Made by a program: the position numbers and the translations under genes
The notes under the pieces: model-generated
Told to the model about the DNA's origin: nothing
Database searches by the model: none
Seen by the model: the letters and a program-made list of their open reading frames with translations, nothing else
Shown here: piece after piece, positions 18,810 through 29,073 of the stretch
Layout of the letters: every line of letters starts with the position of its first letter
Numbering within the stretch: position 1 is the stretch's first letter
Origin: a virus
IMG/VR virus record: IMGVR_UViG_3300025096_000009
Span: 1 to 64,000 of that record
Reading direction: 5' to 3' (one strand)
DNA: 64,000 bases

Positions 18810-19853
18810 ATGGCTACTGGTCGACTTACTGAATCTGATTTTAGAAGAATGTCCGATGATGATCCTCGGAAACAGAGTTGGAATAAAGTTCAAAAGAAAT
18901 ATGGAGAACAAGGACGTCATCACGATAAGAAAAAAGATATGGAAGCGGCGAGAGCTCGTGCCGGTGGTTCTTCGCCTGAGAGTACTGAAGCATCTAGATC
19001 TGTAGGAATAGCTGCAGCTGAGAATACAGAGAGGAGGTCTACTGCTAAGGATTTAGCTGCTGGACACCGTGGAGCACAACAAGTGAAAAGTCGCGAAGCT
19101 GCTGATAGGAGAAATGTTAGACGAACCGAAATTGATAATAGTAGGTTCGAAAGGGGTAATCAAAGAAGATATGAAGATACAAAGTCAGCTTTAGAAGGTC
19201 AGACTGCAGGACGAGTTCAAGGTAGAACTGCTCAAGCGGCAGAAGGTCGTGGACGTGGAGGATATGGTAGACATGGAGAACTACTAGGAGGAGATCCTAG
19301 ACAGATGAGAGATAGAGGAAGAGGAGGAGTTTCTTCTAATCCTTTTAGAAGAGGAGGAAGAGGAGGTAGTAGAGGAATGGTAGACCAAGCAACAGTAGAT
19401 AATATTGGATCACATGTCTCAGATCAAATAAACAAGCAGAATCAAGCAAAAGGTGGACCAACATTTAAACATAAATCTTCTGGACCTGTAAGTAAAGAAA
19501 AACTTGATGCATTTGCAGATCATATGAAAGTGCAAATGGATAAAGCTAACAAAACGAATACAACTAGACAGAGTTGGCCGCCACCACCGAGAAAAGTTCC
19601 ACAGAAGACTAAAACCACTGGTCTTTCTTCTGATCAAGAGAGAAGGAATTTATTAACCGGTGGTGCATCACAATCTCCTCATGAGATTCTACAAAGTAAA
19701 TATGGCGGTCTACAAACACAGAAGACTAAAGCCCCTGGTCTTTCTTCTGATCAAGAGAGAAGGAATTTATTAACCGGTGGTGCATCACAATCTTCTGATT
19801 ACGATAGAGGAAAGAGTTTTATTAGTGATTATGTCTCTGGTTATCGTCGTTAG
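18810..19853 (+). CDS. Basic, RG-rich disordered protein
   Basis: RBS AAGGAG; GRGRGG/RGGRGG tracts; internal duplication. Confidence 0.6.
   Translation: MATGRLTESDFRRMSDDDPRKQSWNKVQKKYGEQGRHHDKKKDMEAARARAGGSSPESTEASRSVGIAAAENTERRSTAKDLAAGHRGAQQVKSREAADRRNVRRTEIDNSRFERGNQRRYEDTKSALEGQTAGRVQGRTAQAAEGRGRGGYGRHGELLGGDPRQMRDRGRGGVSSNPFRRGGRGGSRGMVDQATVDNIGSHVSDQINKQNQAKGGPTFKHKSSGPVSKEKLDAFADHMKVQMDKANKTNTTRQSWPPPPRKVPQKTKTTGLSSDQERRNLLTGGASQSPHEILQSKYGGLQTQKTKAPGLSSDQERRNLLTGGASQSSDYDRGKSFISDYVSGYRR
19601..19793 (+). repeat. 76-nt in-frame direct repeat, 2 copies (period 117)
   Basis: 19601-19676 and 19718-19793, two mismatches. Confidence 0.9.
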
Positions 19854-19864
19854 AGGTACCTATT

Positions 19865-20170
19865 ATGCCACTTGATCCAGTTGCTAAAAGAGAAAGAGCT
19901 AAACGATTAGCTACAGATTATTCTGCTTCTCAAAATGAAAGGGATAACCAAGACCGTGCAAGAGGTTCTCAAAGACGTGGTGCTATAGCGGAAGGTGCAG
20001 AAAGGATGAGTAGCGGGAGTATGGATAGGGAGACTGAAAGAGTTGATAGACCACCACTGAGTGAGACTACTGAAGTGGAACGTGAACTACATTCATCTAA
20101 TAGGAATCCAAGGGTTGCAAGACCAACAACTACTAGACCTGAGATGTTAAAAAACAGGTCTCAACTCTAA
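19865..20170 (+). CDS. Charged disordered protein
   Basis: ORF with GAGGT RBS. Confidence 0.5.
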   Translation: MPLDPVAKRERAKRLATDYSASQNERDNQDRARGSQRRGAIAEGAERMSSGSMDRETERVDRPPLSETTEVERELHSSNRNPRVARPTTTRPEMLKNRSQL

Positions 20171-20180
20171 GGAGAAATTT

Positions 20181-20381
20181 ATGTCTATTATGGATGACCT
20201 CGACTGGGGTAGTGATGATTATGGAACTAAGGATACTAAAAAGGATCCTAAATCTTTAGGTGGTTATAAGAGATGGACTTCCGATTCAGATAGGTCAGCT
20301 ACCACTAAAAAAAGTAAGGGTAAAGAGTTTCTAGGTATTTTTAAATCTAAGTTTAAGAATAAGTTCCGTGATAGCAGGTAG
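20181..20381 (+). CDS. Small basic protein
   Basis: RBS AAGGAG. Confidence 0.5.
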   Translation: MSIMDDLDWGSDDYGTKDTKKDPKSLGGYKRWTSDSDRSATTKKSKGKEFLGIFKSKFKNKFRDSR

Positions 20382-20424
20382 CATTTCCCCCTGTTATTCT
20401 AGTTGGTAGGCTTAGTTTAATTTC

Positions 20425-20769
20425 ATGGCGATAACTTATTTTCAGGACACTATTTTCAGTATTGAGAGTACCTTAACTGCTCCAGCTGCTGGAACTGCTT
20501 TGCAGGTAGCCGTTAATAACCTTTTTTCTACAAAAGATTACACTCTCATTGTTACTGTCGCTAGTGTAGATACAAATGTAATTGTTGGTTTAGAAGGTAG
20601 TGTTGATGGTACAACTTATGCTCCAATTATTGCTAATCAAACAATAACTGCTAACGGTACGACTGTTTATAGTGTTTCTGGTAGACCAGTTAAATGGATT
20701 CGAACAAATTGGGTGAGTGAGTCAGGAGGAACTGCTGCCACTGTAACCTTCAATGTAGCGGCTGCATAA
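20425..20769 (+). CDS. Small beta-rich structural protein
   Basis: Thr/Val/Ala-rich, LEGSVDG and WIR motifs typical of virion beta-sandwich proteins. Confidence 0.55.
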   Translation: MAITYFQDTIFSIESTLTAPAAGTALQVAVNNLFSTKDYTLIVTVASVDTNVIVGLEGSVDGTTYAPIIANQTITANGTTVYSVSGRPVKWIRTNWVSESGGTAATVTFNVAAA

Positions 20770-20770
20770 G

Positions 20771-21094
20771 ATGGCAGGCCGTTTTAACGCTGTTCAACCT
20801 ACGACTAGGAACGGCTATCTGTTTGGTGCGAGAAGAGAAAATATACCTTGGGAATCTGAAGGACCTGACACTGGTAGACGTTTTCAACAAGGTAGGGCGA
20901 CAAGAATGGCAGGGCAGAAAGATATCTCCGATCTTCAATTAGGATACAAAGATGCTCCTCAAGGTGTAGGACGTGGATTTGTTCCTAAAGATAGTGATGC
21001 TTGGGAAACACAGGAAAAGGATGATGCATATACCCAGGATGATCCTTGGAGAACCTTTGAAGAAGATTTAGATCCAAAAGTAGCTCGTTGGTAA
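20771..21094 (+). CDS. Hypothetical protein
   Basis: ORF in operon. Confidence 0.5.
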   Translation: MAGRFNAVQPTTRNGYLFGARRENIPWESEGPDTGRRFQQGRATRMAGQKDISDLQLGYKDAPQGVGRGFVPKDSDAWETQEKDDAYTQDDPWRTFEEDLDPKVARW

Positions 21095-21139
21095 AAAACC
21101 TTCGGCTATAATTAGTTCTAAGTCTATCTGTAAATAAAC

Positions 21140-21934
21140 GTGTCAAGCAGTAGTTCAAATAAACAGCCATTAATGGTGGATCGTCCGGCAACGGGTTCGA
21201 CCTTACTGACTGTTGCTTCAGGACAATTATTCTCTACAAGTCTTATCCCAACTTCTGTTGGTAATGCGACAAAAATTTTCGACGTTGACTCTGCGTTAAC
21301 TGATACATCTATTAGTGGAGCCTATATAGATGAAATTTGGTTTCGATATTCCAAACGAGTAAAGGAAGCTATTGATGCAAAGTCAGCTACTGCAGGTACA
21401 TATTCTGCTGCTTCTACAACGGTTACGGTAACTATTACTGCTGGACATAATATAGAAGTTGGTCAGGAAGTATTTTTAAATTTCACAAGTTATAACTCCG
21501 GTACTGTACCAATTGATGGTAAGTTTACAGTTTTAACTATTACTTCTACTACATTTACAGCTACGATTCCTAATATTGCTAGTGGAACAATTACAGGTAA
21601 CGTAGATGTTTATGTTCCTATTGATTTCTGTTTCTACTTAGTAAGTACCGGTATACTCACTAATATTAACCAATTTTTCCCTTTATTTGTCGCCAGTATT
21701 GAATCTGTTGCTTCAAAACAGTCTTGCAGTTTGACTATGAAGGAGGTACTTCCTCTTATTAATCATCCTACTGTTCAGTCTGGTGCTGCAAACTGGGGAT
21801 CGGCTAATAATGAGATAGCTCCTAAACAGAGAGGTTTAATGCTTAAGCGTGGACAAGCTTTGTATGTTTCTGCAAGTGGAACTGCGGCATTAACTAACGG
21901 TTTCTATTGTAATGTACAAGGTGGATACTATTAA
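21140..21934 (+). CDS. Virion structural protein with FCCH-like beta insert
   Basis: TVTITAGHNIEVGQEV...FTV...FTATI repeat; C-terminal LKRGQALYV...VQGGYY. Confidence 0.55.
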   Translation: MSSSSSNKQPLMVDRPATGSTLLTVASGQLFSTSLIPTSVGNATKIFDVDSALTDTSISGAYIDEIWFRYSKRVKEAIDAKSATAGTYSAASTTVTVTITAGHNIEVGQEVFLNFTSYNSGTVPIDGKFTVLTITSTTFTATIPNIASGTITGNVDVYVPIDFCFYLVSTGILTNINQFFPLFVASIESVASKQSCSLTMKEVLPLINHPTVQSGAANWGSANNEIAPKQRGLMLKRGQALYVSASGTAALTNGFYCNVQGGYY

Positions 21935-21942
21935 AGAGAACA

Positions 21943-24210
21943 ATGCCTTTCGGTGTAGGAAAGTTTGATAATTCATCGAAGTTAAAGTTCGATACTGATT
22001 TTTCAAAAAACATTGATGGTAGTGGAGCTTTTTCTATTACCGAAAGTGGTGGAAGAAGTTATAAAAATAGTGAAGTTAGATTTTATAATACTGATTCTTT
22101 ATGGAGTCGCTGGAGGCGTGGCTATGAATTATATTCTTTAACCCAAAGTTTATTAGGTTCTACAGCTGGCGAAAGACAACGCCGTGGAGATTATCGTTTA
22201 TATTTTACTTTTCAGCAGTTTCCGGGTGTCTTTATACCAGCTAGGATTTTTACTTTTCCTTCTACTAATCAGGAATTAGGGGAACAAATGGTTGGAATGC
22301 GAGACACTGACGCATTTAGTTTTTATGATTATGGTCTTCCTATTCTTGGTGTTAGATATTTAGGTAAGTCGGTAAGTGCTACTTATAGTCAATCAGGTAC
22401 AACATTAGTTGTCACTAAACTAGATCATGGATTATATCCAGGTGAGAGTGTTTGGCTAGATATTTCAACAGGAGGAGGTGTTGATGAAACACTTTTAATT
22501 GTTAGTACTACACAAAATACATTTACTGTAACTACTTCTGCATCAGCTACAAACAATGGGAATGTCACTTATTATTTATCGACTACTTTTGGGGACTCAC
22601 GTTGGACCACTACACGAACTCGCCTTCGTTATTTGCCTACAGAACTTTCTTTCTTTTCAGGCGAACGTTTAGCTGATCGTATTATTGAAAAAGATCCAGG
22701 TCTTGCTTCTACGTATTCAAGGAGTGGGTCTACTGTTACAGTTGTTTGCCCTTCAGCTCATGGTTTATCTACAGGAAATAAGGTTTTTGTTGATGTTACT
22801 AGTGGCGACGTCGCTTCTGGTAGATATACAATTACTGTTACCAGTACTACTCAATTCACAGTAACAACAATAACGAGTGGAACTACGTCTGGAAATCTAA
22901 CAGTTAGTAGATTATTGCGTGGTCGTGATTATAAAAACTATGTTGGCTACACGGTTACAGGACTTGATGCCGCCACAAAAGAAATAATTTTCCAAAGGAA
23001 GGATAGTTATGGTGCAACAACTGCTGATGAAAAAACGTCAACTGTAGTTCCTGCTCATAGGGGTTTTACTATCGGGAGATATTTAACTACTGAATTGCGT
23101 TGGCAATGTTCTTGTCAAGATTTTGCAAGACGTGATAGCTATGACTTATATAGTGATCTACGCAATAAAAAGTTTCCTCGTACTTCAGTAAGGTCTACAA
23201 AACCTGGACAAGTTTTACAGACTGATGGAACATTAAGTGATGAGAGAGATATTCCAGGTACTTTCCGAGATCTCGGTTTTGTAGCTATTAATAATTTTTA
23301 TGAACTGCCTGAGTACGAAGATACGACTGATACTGACTTTCAAAGCTTAATGTATTACCAAATACGTTGGTGTAAACATATTTATGCAGCTATGTTCGCC
23401 ATTACTCATGATGAAGGTAATGAACCTATTAAATTAGCGGCAAAATACACTCAGACTGGTCCAAATATCACTATTAACGTTGATAATCACGGTTTAGAAG
23501 TCGATACTAAGATTGAACTAGCTTTTACAAGTGGAAATGCAGTTTCTGGTGAATATACGATCACTTCGGTACCTGATCCGAACAGTTTCACTGTTATTTA
23601 TCCTTTTAGCGAGTCTGCTAGTGGTTATTGCAGTGTTACTAACCTAAAAAAACATGATTATGTGCGTTCTTGGTTGCTTGAACCAAGTGATAAGCCTATT
23701 GGGGATGGTTTAAAGCGCTTCGAGAAGACTTTTGAGAGAGAAAGAGAGCGTTTAGAAGGTGCTTTTGAATTATTGAAGCTAACTCAACAGAATACACCTT
23801 GGAGTGGGGGTAAAAATGTTACTGGAAACAGAAATCAGCCTCAATCAGTCGCAGATTTTGATCCATCACTTATTGGGATGACTCTTACTGATGGTTTGAA
23901 GCGTGATGCTGATGGCAATTTAAGTCGTAGTGGAAAAGCTGTTAATACTACTAATCGAATGATTACGTTAATTAATAAGTTGTTTAATCGATCTCCAACG
24001 CTGTTAGAAGATATAAAACTGGGTATAGTTGATAAACCTGTTGATGAATATGGTACAAACTTTGAAGCAGGAGTTGTAGATGCAGGAGAATACCTTAATG
24101 GTACTCCTATTGAAGTATTGGCTTCAAACAGTACAATAGACAGTAGTACTTACAGTCCTATTACCGATCAGGATGTAGTTGTTGATTCTGATCTATACAT
24201 TAACGTTTAA
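21943..24210 (+). CDS. Virion protein with three FCCH-like beta repeats and a split SWIM-type Zn finger
   Basis: HGLYPGE/HGLSTGN/HGLEVDT repeats; WQCSCQDF ... WCKHIYAA. Confidence 0.6.
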   Translation: MPFGVGKFDNSSKLKFDTDFSKNIDGSGAFSITESGGRSYKNSEVRFYNTDSLWSRWRRGYELYSLTQSLLGSTAGERQRRGDYRLYFTFQQFPGVFIPARIFTFPSTNQELGEQMVGMRDTDAFSFYDYGLPILGVRYLGKSVSATYSQSGTTLVVTKLDHGLYPGESVWLDISTGGGVDETLLIVSTTQNTFTVTTSASATNNGNVTYYLSTTFGDSRWTTTRTRLRYLPTELSFFSGERLADRIIEKDPGLASTYSRSGSTVTVVCPSAHGLSTGNKVFVDVTSGDVASGRYTITVTSTTQFTVTTITSGTTSGNLTVSRLLRGRDYKNYVGYTVTGLDAATKEIIFQRKDSYGATTADEKTSTVVPAHRGFTIGRYLTTELRWQCSCQDFARRDSYDLYSDLRNKKFPRTSVRSTKPGQVLQTDGTLSDERDIPGTFRDLGFVAINNFYELPEYEDTTDTDFQSLMYYQIRWCKHIYAAMFAITHDEGNEPIKLAAKYTQTGPNITINVDNHGLEVDTKIELAFTSGNAVSGEYTITSVPDPNSFTVIYPFSESASGYCSVTNLKKHDYVRSWLLEPSDKPIGDGLKRFEKTFERERERLEGAFELLKLTQQNTPWSGGKNVTGNRNQPQSVADFDPSLIGMTLTDGLKRDADGNLSRSGKAVNTTNRMITLINKLFNRSPTLLEDIKLGIVDKPVDEYGTNFEAGVVDAGEYLNGTPIEVLASNSTIDSSTYSPITDQDVVVDSDLYINV

Positions 24211-24212
24211 TT

Positions 24213-24644
24213 ATGGCGGTACAAATTCTTTCTCGTCGTTCTAGTACTCTTTATGACCGGCCTTTTCCTATTCGTCTCGGTGCTGCTGAGCTGGCTATTA
24301 ATAATAATGCAGGGGAGCCAGGACTATTTTTTGCTGACAACACTGCTTCTCCTTCGACAGGGTTAGTTAAAGTTGGTCCAATAGCTATAAGTTCTACAGC
24401 TCCTAATACTTCAGCGGTTGGTTTTACATCTTCTAGTAAAGGTGAATCATGGTTGGATACTGCCAGTACTCAGATACACAAAATCTTTGATGGATCAGCT
24501 TGGCAAACAGTAAAAGCTGTTGCGTCAGTTGCTGCAGGTTATCCAGCGAACCCTGTAGATGGTCAATTACACTACAACACATCCACTAGTAAGTTAACCA
24601 TTTATCTACTTGCCAGTGCCTCTTGGGTTGTTATAGGTCCTTAG
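24213..24644 (+). CDS. Short tail-fibre/adaptor protein
   Basis: MAVQILSRRSS...LGAAELAIN...GESWLDT...DGQLHYN fibre-type motifs. Confidence 0.6.
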   Translation: MAVQILSRRSSTLYDRPFPIRLGAAELAINNNAGEPGLFFADNTASPSTGLVKVGPIAISSTAPNTSAVGFTSSSKGESWLDTASTQIHKIFDGSAWQTVKAVASVAAGYPANPVDGQLHYNTSTSKLTIYLLASASWVVIGP

Positions 24645-24886
24645 TGTTGAGATAGGAGATGATCTAGTATGCGGTCCAGTTTGTTATGAACTGCTTGCAT
24701 TTCTCTTAGGAAGTCTTCTTTTAACACGTAATCACAAACAACACGATTTTGTAGGTTATCAAGATCACGTTCGATTACTTCAAAACGTTTATCTAGTTTT
24801 CTATTAAAATTAGAGAGTGCTCTAGTTATTCCTGCGAAAGCACCGATGCTTCCCGATATGATAGCTGCTAGGACTTCTGTTGACAT
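24641..24886 (-). CDS. Small membrane-anchored coiled-coil protein (possible lysis accessory)
   Basis: N-terminal hydrophobic segment, YVLKEDF, KLDRILD; own TAGAAT upstream. Confidence 0.5.
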   Translation of the reverse strand: MSTEVLAAIISGSIGAFAGITRALSNFNRKLDKRFEVIERDLDNLQNRVVCDYVLKEDFLREMQAVHNKLDRILDHLLSQH

Positions 24887-24953
24887 TTTAATTACCTATA
24901 TTTCTATTCTAAAGGAGTTTACAAATTAAAATGATACTTAGTAAGTAAAGATT

Positions 24954-25487
24954 ATGGCTACAGGATACGAACCAAATGTAGAAGGGGCTATAACAGTCAT
25001 GGTTGATCTGTTAGATGCAAACTCTTTTACCAAAACTAGACAACCTTATGAACCTAATTATCGTGGTCTAGTAGATGCATTAATCGATTTAAAAGAAGGA
25101 TTCCCTACTTTTGCACCAACACGACTAAGTTTTGACGCGACTGCATTTGAAAATGTAGCGGAGGGAGATGCTTTATATATGAGAGCTGCGGATGGTCAGG
25201 TAGGAAAAGCTAGTGCTGCTAATGGTTCTTTAGAGAATTGTCACGTTATTGGACTTGCTGATGCAGCAACTTCTGCTTCAGGTACATGTAAAGTAATTAC
25301 AACAGGTGTGAAAACGATGCCTAGTACTGTTGATCCAGGAGATATTTATTATTTAAGTGCTTCAACTGCAGGAGCTATATCAACTACTATTCCTTCATCT
25401 TCTGGACAAGCTGTTGTAGTAATAGGTGAAGGTGCAACGACTTCTGTTTTTAGCATCCGTATAGAACCACCTATCAGGTTAGATTAA
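24954..25487 (+). CDS. Capsid fibre/cement-like structural protein
   Basis: AFENVAEGDALY...GQVGKA...IGLA...YYLS; paralog of the next gene. Confidence 0.55.
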   Translation: MATGYEPNVEGAITVMVDLLDANSFTKTRQPYEPNYRGLVDALIDLKEGFPTFAPTRLSFDATAFENVAEGDALYMRAADGQVGKASAANGSLENCHVIGLADAATSASGTCKVITTGVKTMPSTVDPGDIYYLSASTAGAISTTIPSSSGQAVVVIGEGATTSVFSIRIEPPIRLD

Positions 25488-25951
25488 TGTCAGGCGCAAA
25501 AGATCAAGAACCTTATGAATCTAATTTTGAAGGTTTAATAGGAGTCTTAATAGATTTAAAAACAACAATAGCTGGTAAGCAGGTTTACTCTGTTATAGGG
25601 TTTTCAGCTCCTGCGTTTGAGAATGTATCTCAAGGTGAGGCTTTATATTCACGTTCTAGTGATGGCAAAGTAGGTAAAGCAATAGCAAACGATACTGTTG
25701 ATAAAGCAAGTTGTATAGGGTTTGCTCAGACTTCGAAGTTGACAGGTGAAACAGTAAACTGTGTAACTCTTGGTCAATTAGCCTCTTCAGGACTGACTAG
25801 AGCTAGTGATTACTATTTATCTGGGGCAAGCGCGGGTGGTATAACTACAACACCTCCAACTGGAAGTGATAAATATCTAGTCCGTGTAGGTAGAGCATCT
25901 AGTACAACTCAATTAATTATCAAAATAGAAGCACCTATGGTTAGAAATTAA
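25487..25951 (+). CDS. Capsid fibre/cement-like structural protein (paralog)
   Basis: AFENVSQGEALY...GKVGKA...YYLS...RVGRA. Confidence 0.55.
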   Translation: MSGAKDQEPYESNFEGLIGVLIDLKTTIAGKQVYSVIGFSAPAFENVSQGEALYSRSSDGKVGKAIANDTVDKASCIGFAQTSKLTGETVNCVTLGQLASSGLTRASDYYLSGASAGGITTTPPTGSDKYLVRVGRASSTTQLIIKIEAPMVRN

Positions 25952-26025
25952 GGGCTATATCCTTGGTAAGATAGATAGAATAACAGTTCTTTTGAAATAT
26001 ATGCAGAACTGCGTTGGATTGAGGT

Positions 26026-28317
26026 ATGGCAACTAGAAAGTCACTTGTAATAGTCAGTGGATTATTCCAGGAGTTAAATACTTCTTCGGATAAGTTAGAT
26101 TTCGGTGGAAATACAACAGCTGATCTTACTGAGAATACTAATCTTTATTACACAACTGCACGAGCACGGGGTGCTGTAAGTATTGCCTCTGGTGAGGGAT
26201 TAACATATAACTCGTCTACAGGTGTATTAGGAACAAGTGCAATTCCTAATGCTCAATTAGCTAATAGTTCGGTAACCATTGGTAGCACTGCTGTTGCTCT
26301 AGGTGCGACTGTTACTACCTTTACTGGTATAACAGCGTTAACAGCAACGACTGGTAATGTCACCACGTTAAATATAGGTACAGATGCTGCTGCTAACTCT
26401 TTAAAGTTAACAACTAGTGGGCTGACTTTTGAAGGGGCTACGGCAGATGCTTATGAGACAACATTAACGGCTACTGATCCAACAGCTGATCGCACAATTA
26501 CACTTCCAAATGAAACTGGAACTGTATTAACGAGTGCGACTTCGATTGGAAATAGTAACCTTGCAAATAGTGCAGTAACTATTGGTAGCACCAGTGTCAG
26601 TCTTGGTGCAACAGTAACTACTTTTGTAGGACTCAGTTCTTTAACTTCGACTTCAGTAATAGGTACGACATTATATGCAGGAGCTATAGATGCTGCTAAT
26701 ACAATTAGCATTGGCAGTGGGAATATTATTTTTGAAGGTTCTACAGCGGATGCCTATGAAACGACCCTAACTGTTACAGATGCGACTGCAGATAGAACGA
26801 TTACATTCCCTAATGCAACCGGTACAGTTGCACTCCTTAGTTCTATTTCAGTTACAGATGCTGGTGGGGATGGAAGTCTTGCTTATAACAATTCAACAGG
26901 TGTTATCACATATACAGGACCTTCAGCTTCTGAAGTTAGGGCTCATATTAGTGTTGCTTCCGGTTCTGGGTTAACTTACTCCTCTGGAGAGATAGGAACA
27001 AATGCCATACCTAATGCCAAGTTAGCTAATAGCTCTATAACTATAGGTGGTTCAAGTGTTGCTTTAGGAAGCAGTCTTGCAACTATTACTGGTGTAACAT
27101 CGATCACATCAGCGGCTGTAGTTACTGATGATAGTGGATTCAGAATTAGAGATAACTCAGACAATACAAAACAATTAGCTTTTGAATGTTCAGGAATATC
27201 TGGTAGTACTACTAGAACTCTTACTGCACCAAACGTAAGCGGAACACTGTCTTTAATAGATGCAGCTGAGACTCTAACAAATAAGACATTAACTAGTGCT
27301 GTTCTAAACAGTACTATTTCAGGAACATCTATTAAGGATGAGGATAATATGTCTAGCGACTCTGCTAGTCATTTAGCTACACAGCAGAGTATTAAGGCGT
27401 ATGTAGACACGAAGATAACAGCTGAAGATTTAGATATTCAAACTGATTCTGGAAATATTGATATTGATTTAGATTCAGAGGCTTTAGTTCTTACTGGTGG
27501 TACAGGTATTGATACCAGTGCTACGGGAACTACAGTTACTTACGCTATTGATTCCACAGTTGCTACGCTATCTGGATCACAGACTTTAACTAATAAGACA
27601 TTAACTGCTCCTCTTGCTACTAGTATCCTTCTTACTGACTCAAATCTTATCTTTGAAGGGAATACTGCAGATGCTCATGAGACAACTCTGACCGTTTCTG
27701 ATCCGACTGCAGATCGTACAATCACGCTCCCGAATGCTACAGATACACTTGTTGGTAAGGCCACCACAGATACGCTAACAAATAAAACTTTAACCAGTGC
27801 TGTTTTAAATGACGCCATATCAGGAACGTCTATTAAAGATGAAGATAATATGTCGAGTGATTCGGCTACTCATTTAGCTACTCAGCAAAGTATTAAGGCA
27901 TATGTTGATACAAAAATTACAGCTGAGGACTTAGATGTTCAATCTGATTCTGGATCAATATCTATTGATTTGGATTCAGCAACATTAGTTCTTACTGGTG
28001 GCACTGGAATTGATACTAGCGCTACAGGATCAACAGTTACTTATGCCATTGATTCCACAGTGGCAACGTTAACTGGATCACAAACTCTAACTAATAAATC
28101 ATTAACTGCTCCTACAATTACAGGTGCAGTTACTGCTACTAGTGCTGTATTTACAGGAGCTAGTCCTCTCGTATTCGAAGGAGCCACAGCTAACGCTTAC
28201 GAAACTACTCTTGCAGTTACTGATCCAACTGCGGATCGAACTATTACATTACCAGATGATTCTGGAACTATGGCAACTGAAAGTTTCGCTACTGCAATAG
28301 CAGTTGCATTAGGATAG
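26026..28317 (+). CDS. Long fibre protein with internal repeats
   Basis: Four FEGxTAxAxETTLxxxDxTADRTIT repeats, LANSSVTIG repeats, about 110-aa duplication. Confidence 0.75.
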   Translation: MATRKSLVIVSGLFQELNTSSDKLDFGGNTTADLTENTNLYYTTARARGAVSIASGEGLTYNSSTGVLGTSAIPNAQLANSSVTIGSTAVALGATVTTFTGITALTATTGNVTTLNIGTDAAANSLKLTTSGLTFEGATADAYETTLTATDPTADRTITLPNETGTVLTSATSIGNSNLANSAVTIGSTSVSLGATVTTFVGLSSLTSTSVIGTTLYAGAIDAANTISIGSGNIIFEGSTADAYETTLTVTDATADRTITFPNATGTVALLSSISVTDAGGDGSLAYNNSTGVITYTGPSASEVRAHISVASGSGLTYSSGEIGTNAIPNAKLANSSITIGGSSVALGSSLATITGVTSITSAAVVTDDSGFRIRDNSDNTKQLAFECSGISGSTTRTLTAPNVSGTLSLIDAAETLTNKTLTSAVLNSTISGTSIKDEDNMSSDSASHLATQQSIKAYVDTKITAEDLDIQTDSGNIDIDLDSEALVLTGGTGIDTSATGTTVTYAIDSTVATLSGSQTLTNKTLTAPLATSILLTDSNLIFEGNTADAHETTLTVSDPTADRTITLPNATDTLVGKATTDTLTNKTLTSAVLNDAISGTSIKDEDNMSSDSATHLATQQSIKAYVDTKITAEDLDVQSDSGSISIDLDSATLVLTGGTGIDTSATGSTVTYAIDSTVATLTGSQTLTNKSLTAPTITGAVTATSAVFTGASPLVFEGATANAYETTLAVTDPTADRTITLPDDSGTMATESFATAIAVALG

Positions 28318-28321
28318 TCTT

Positions 28322-28726
28322 ATGGCCACCCAAGTACAATTCCGTCGAGGATCAACAACTCAAACTTCCACCTTTATTGGTGCAGTCGGAGAAGTCACTG
28401 TAGATACAGATAAAAAAGTCTGTGTTGTTCATGATAACTCTACTAGTGGAGGTATAGCATTATTAAGAGAAGATGGTACCAATGCTTCTTTTGGACTCGG
28501 TTCGTTAACAAGCTGCGCTCTTAAATTTGCAAGTGATCCAAATACAGGACTTTATTCTCCTGGTTCTGATCAGGTAGCACTAGTTACTGGAGGTGTTGCT
28601 CAGCTTACAATAGATGGATCGGGCTCAGTAACCATGCCAGGTAACGTTTCTATTACAGGAAGCTTAACTGTCAATGGGCTGTTTAATTCCAACGACAACA
28701 TCGCTCTCATCGTCGCTCTAGGCTGA
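28322..28726 (+). CDS. Fibre protein with Mtd/hyaluronidase-like N-terminal domain
   Basis: MATQVQFRRGS...GAVGEVTVDTDK...VHD...GG. Confidence 0.65.
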   Translation: MATQVQFRRGSTTQTSTFIGAVGEVTVDTDKKVCVVHDNSTSGGIALLREDGTNASFGLGSLTSCALKFASDPNTGLYSPGSDQVALVTGGVAQLTIDGSGSVTMPGNVSITGSLTVNGLFNSNDNIALIVALG

Positions 28727-28727
28727 T

Positions 28728-29069
28728 ATGGCAAATACCTTCAAACAATCAACTAAATCTAGCTTGGTTACGGATGCTGTAAGTAGTTCGAACGCCAACA
28801 TAGTAACTGCTGGTAACACTTCGACTCTTATTATTCTGAATGCACTTGTAGCTAATAAAACAAGTACTAGTGCCAACGTTGACGTCTATCTAGTCACTGA
28901 CAGTGGCGATGATGTCTATCTACTAAAGAGTGTACCAGTACCAGCTGGATCTTCTTTGGAGTTGATTACAGGAAGTAAAATTATTCTCGAATCTAGTGAC
29001 GTACTAAGGGCGCGTGCAGATACGGCATCAGCTTTAGATCTGACAATTAGTTACTTAGATCAGACTTAA
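28728..29069 (+). CDS. Small virion beta-sandwich protein
   Basis: MANTFK...VPVPAGSSLE...KIILESSDVL. Confidence 0.55.
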   Translation: MANTFKQSTKSSLVTDAVSSSNANIVTAGNTSTLIILNALVANKTSTSANVDVYLVTDSGDDVYLLKSVPVPAGSSLELITGSKIILESSDVLRARADTASALDLTISYLDQT

Positions 29070-29073
29070 TGTT

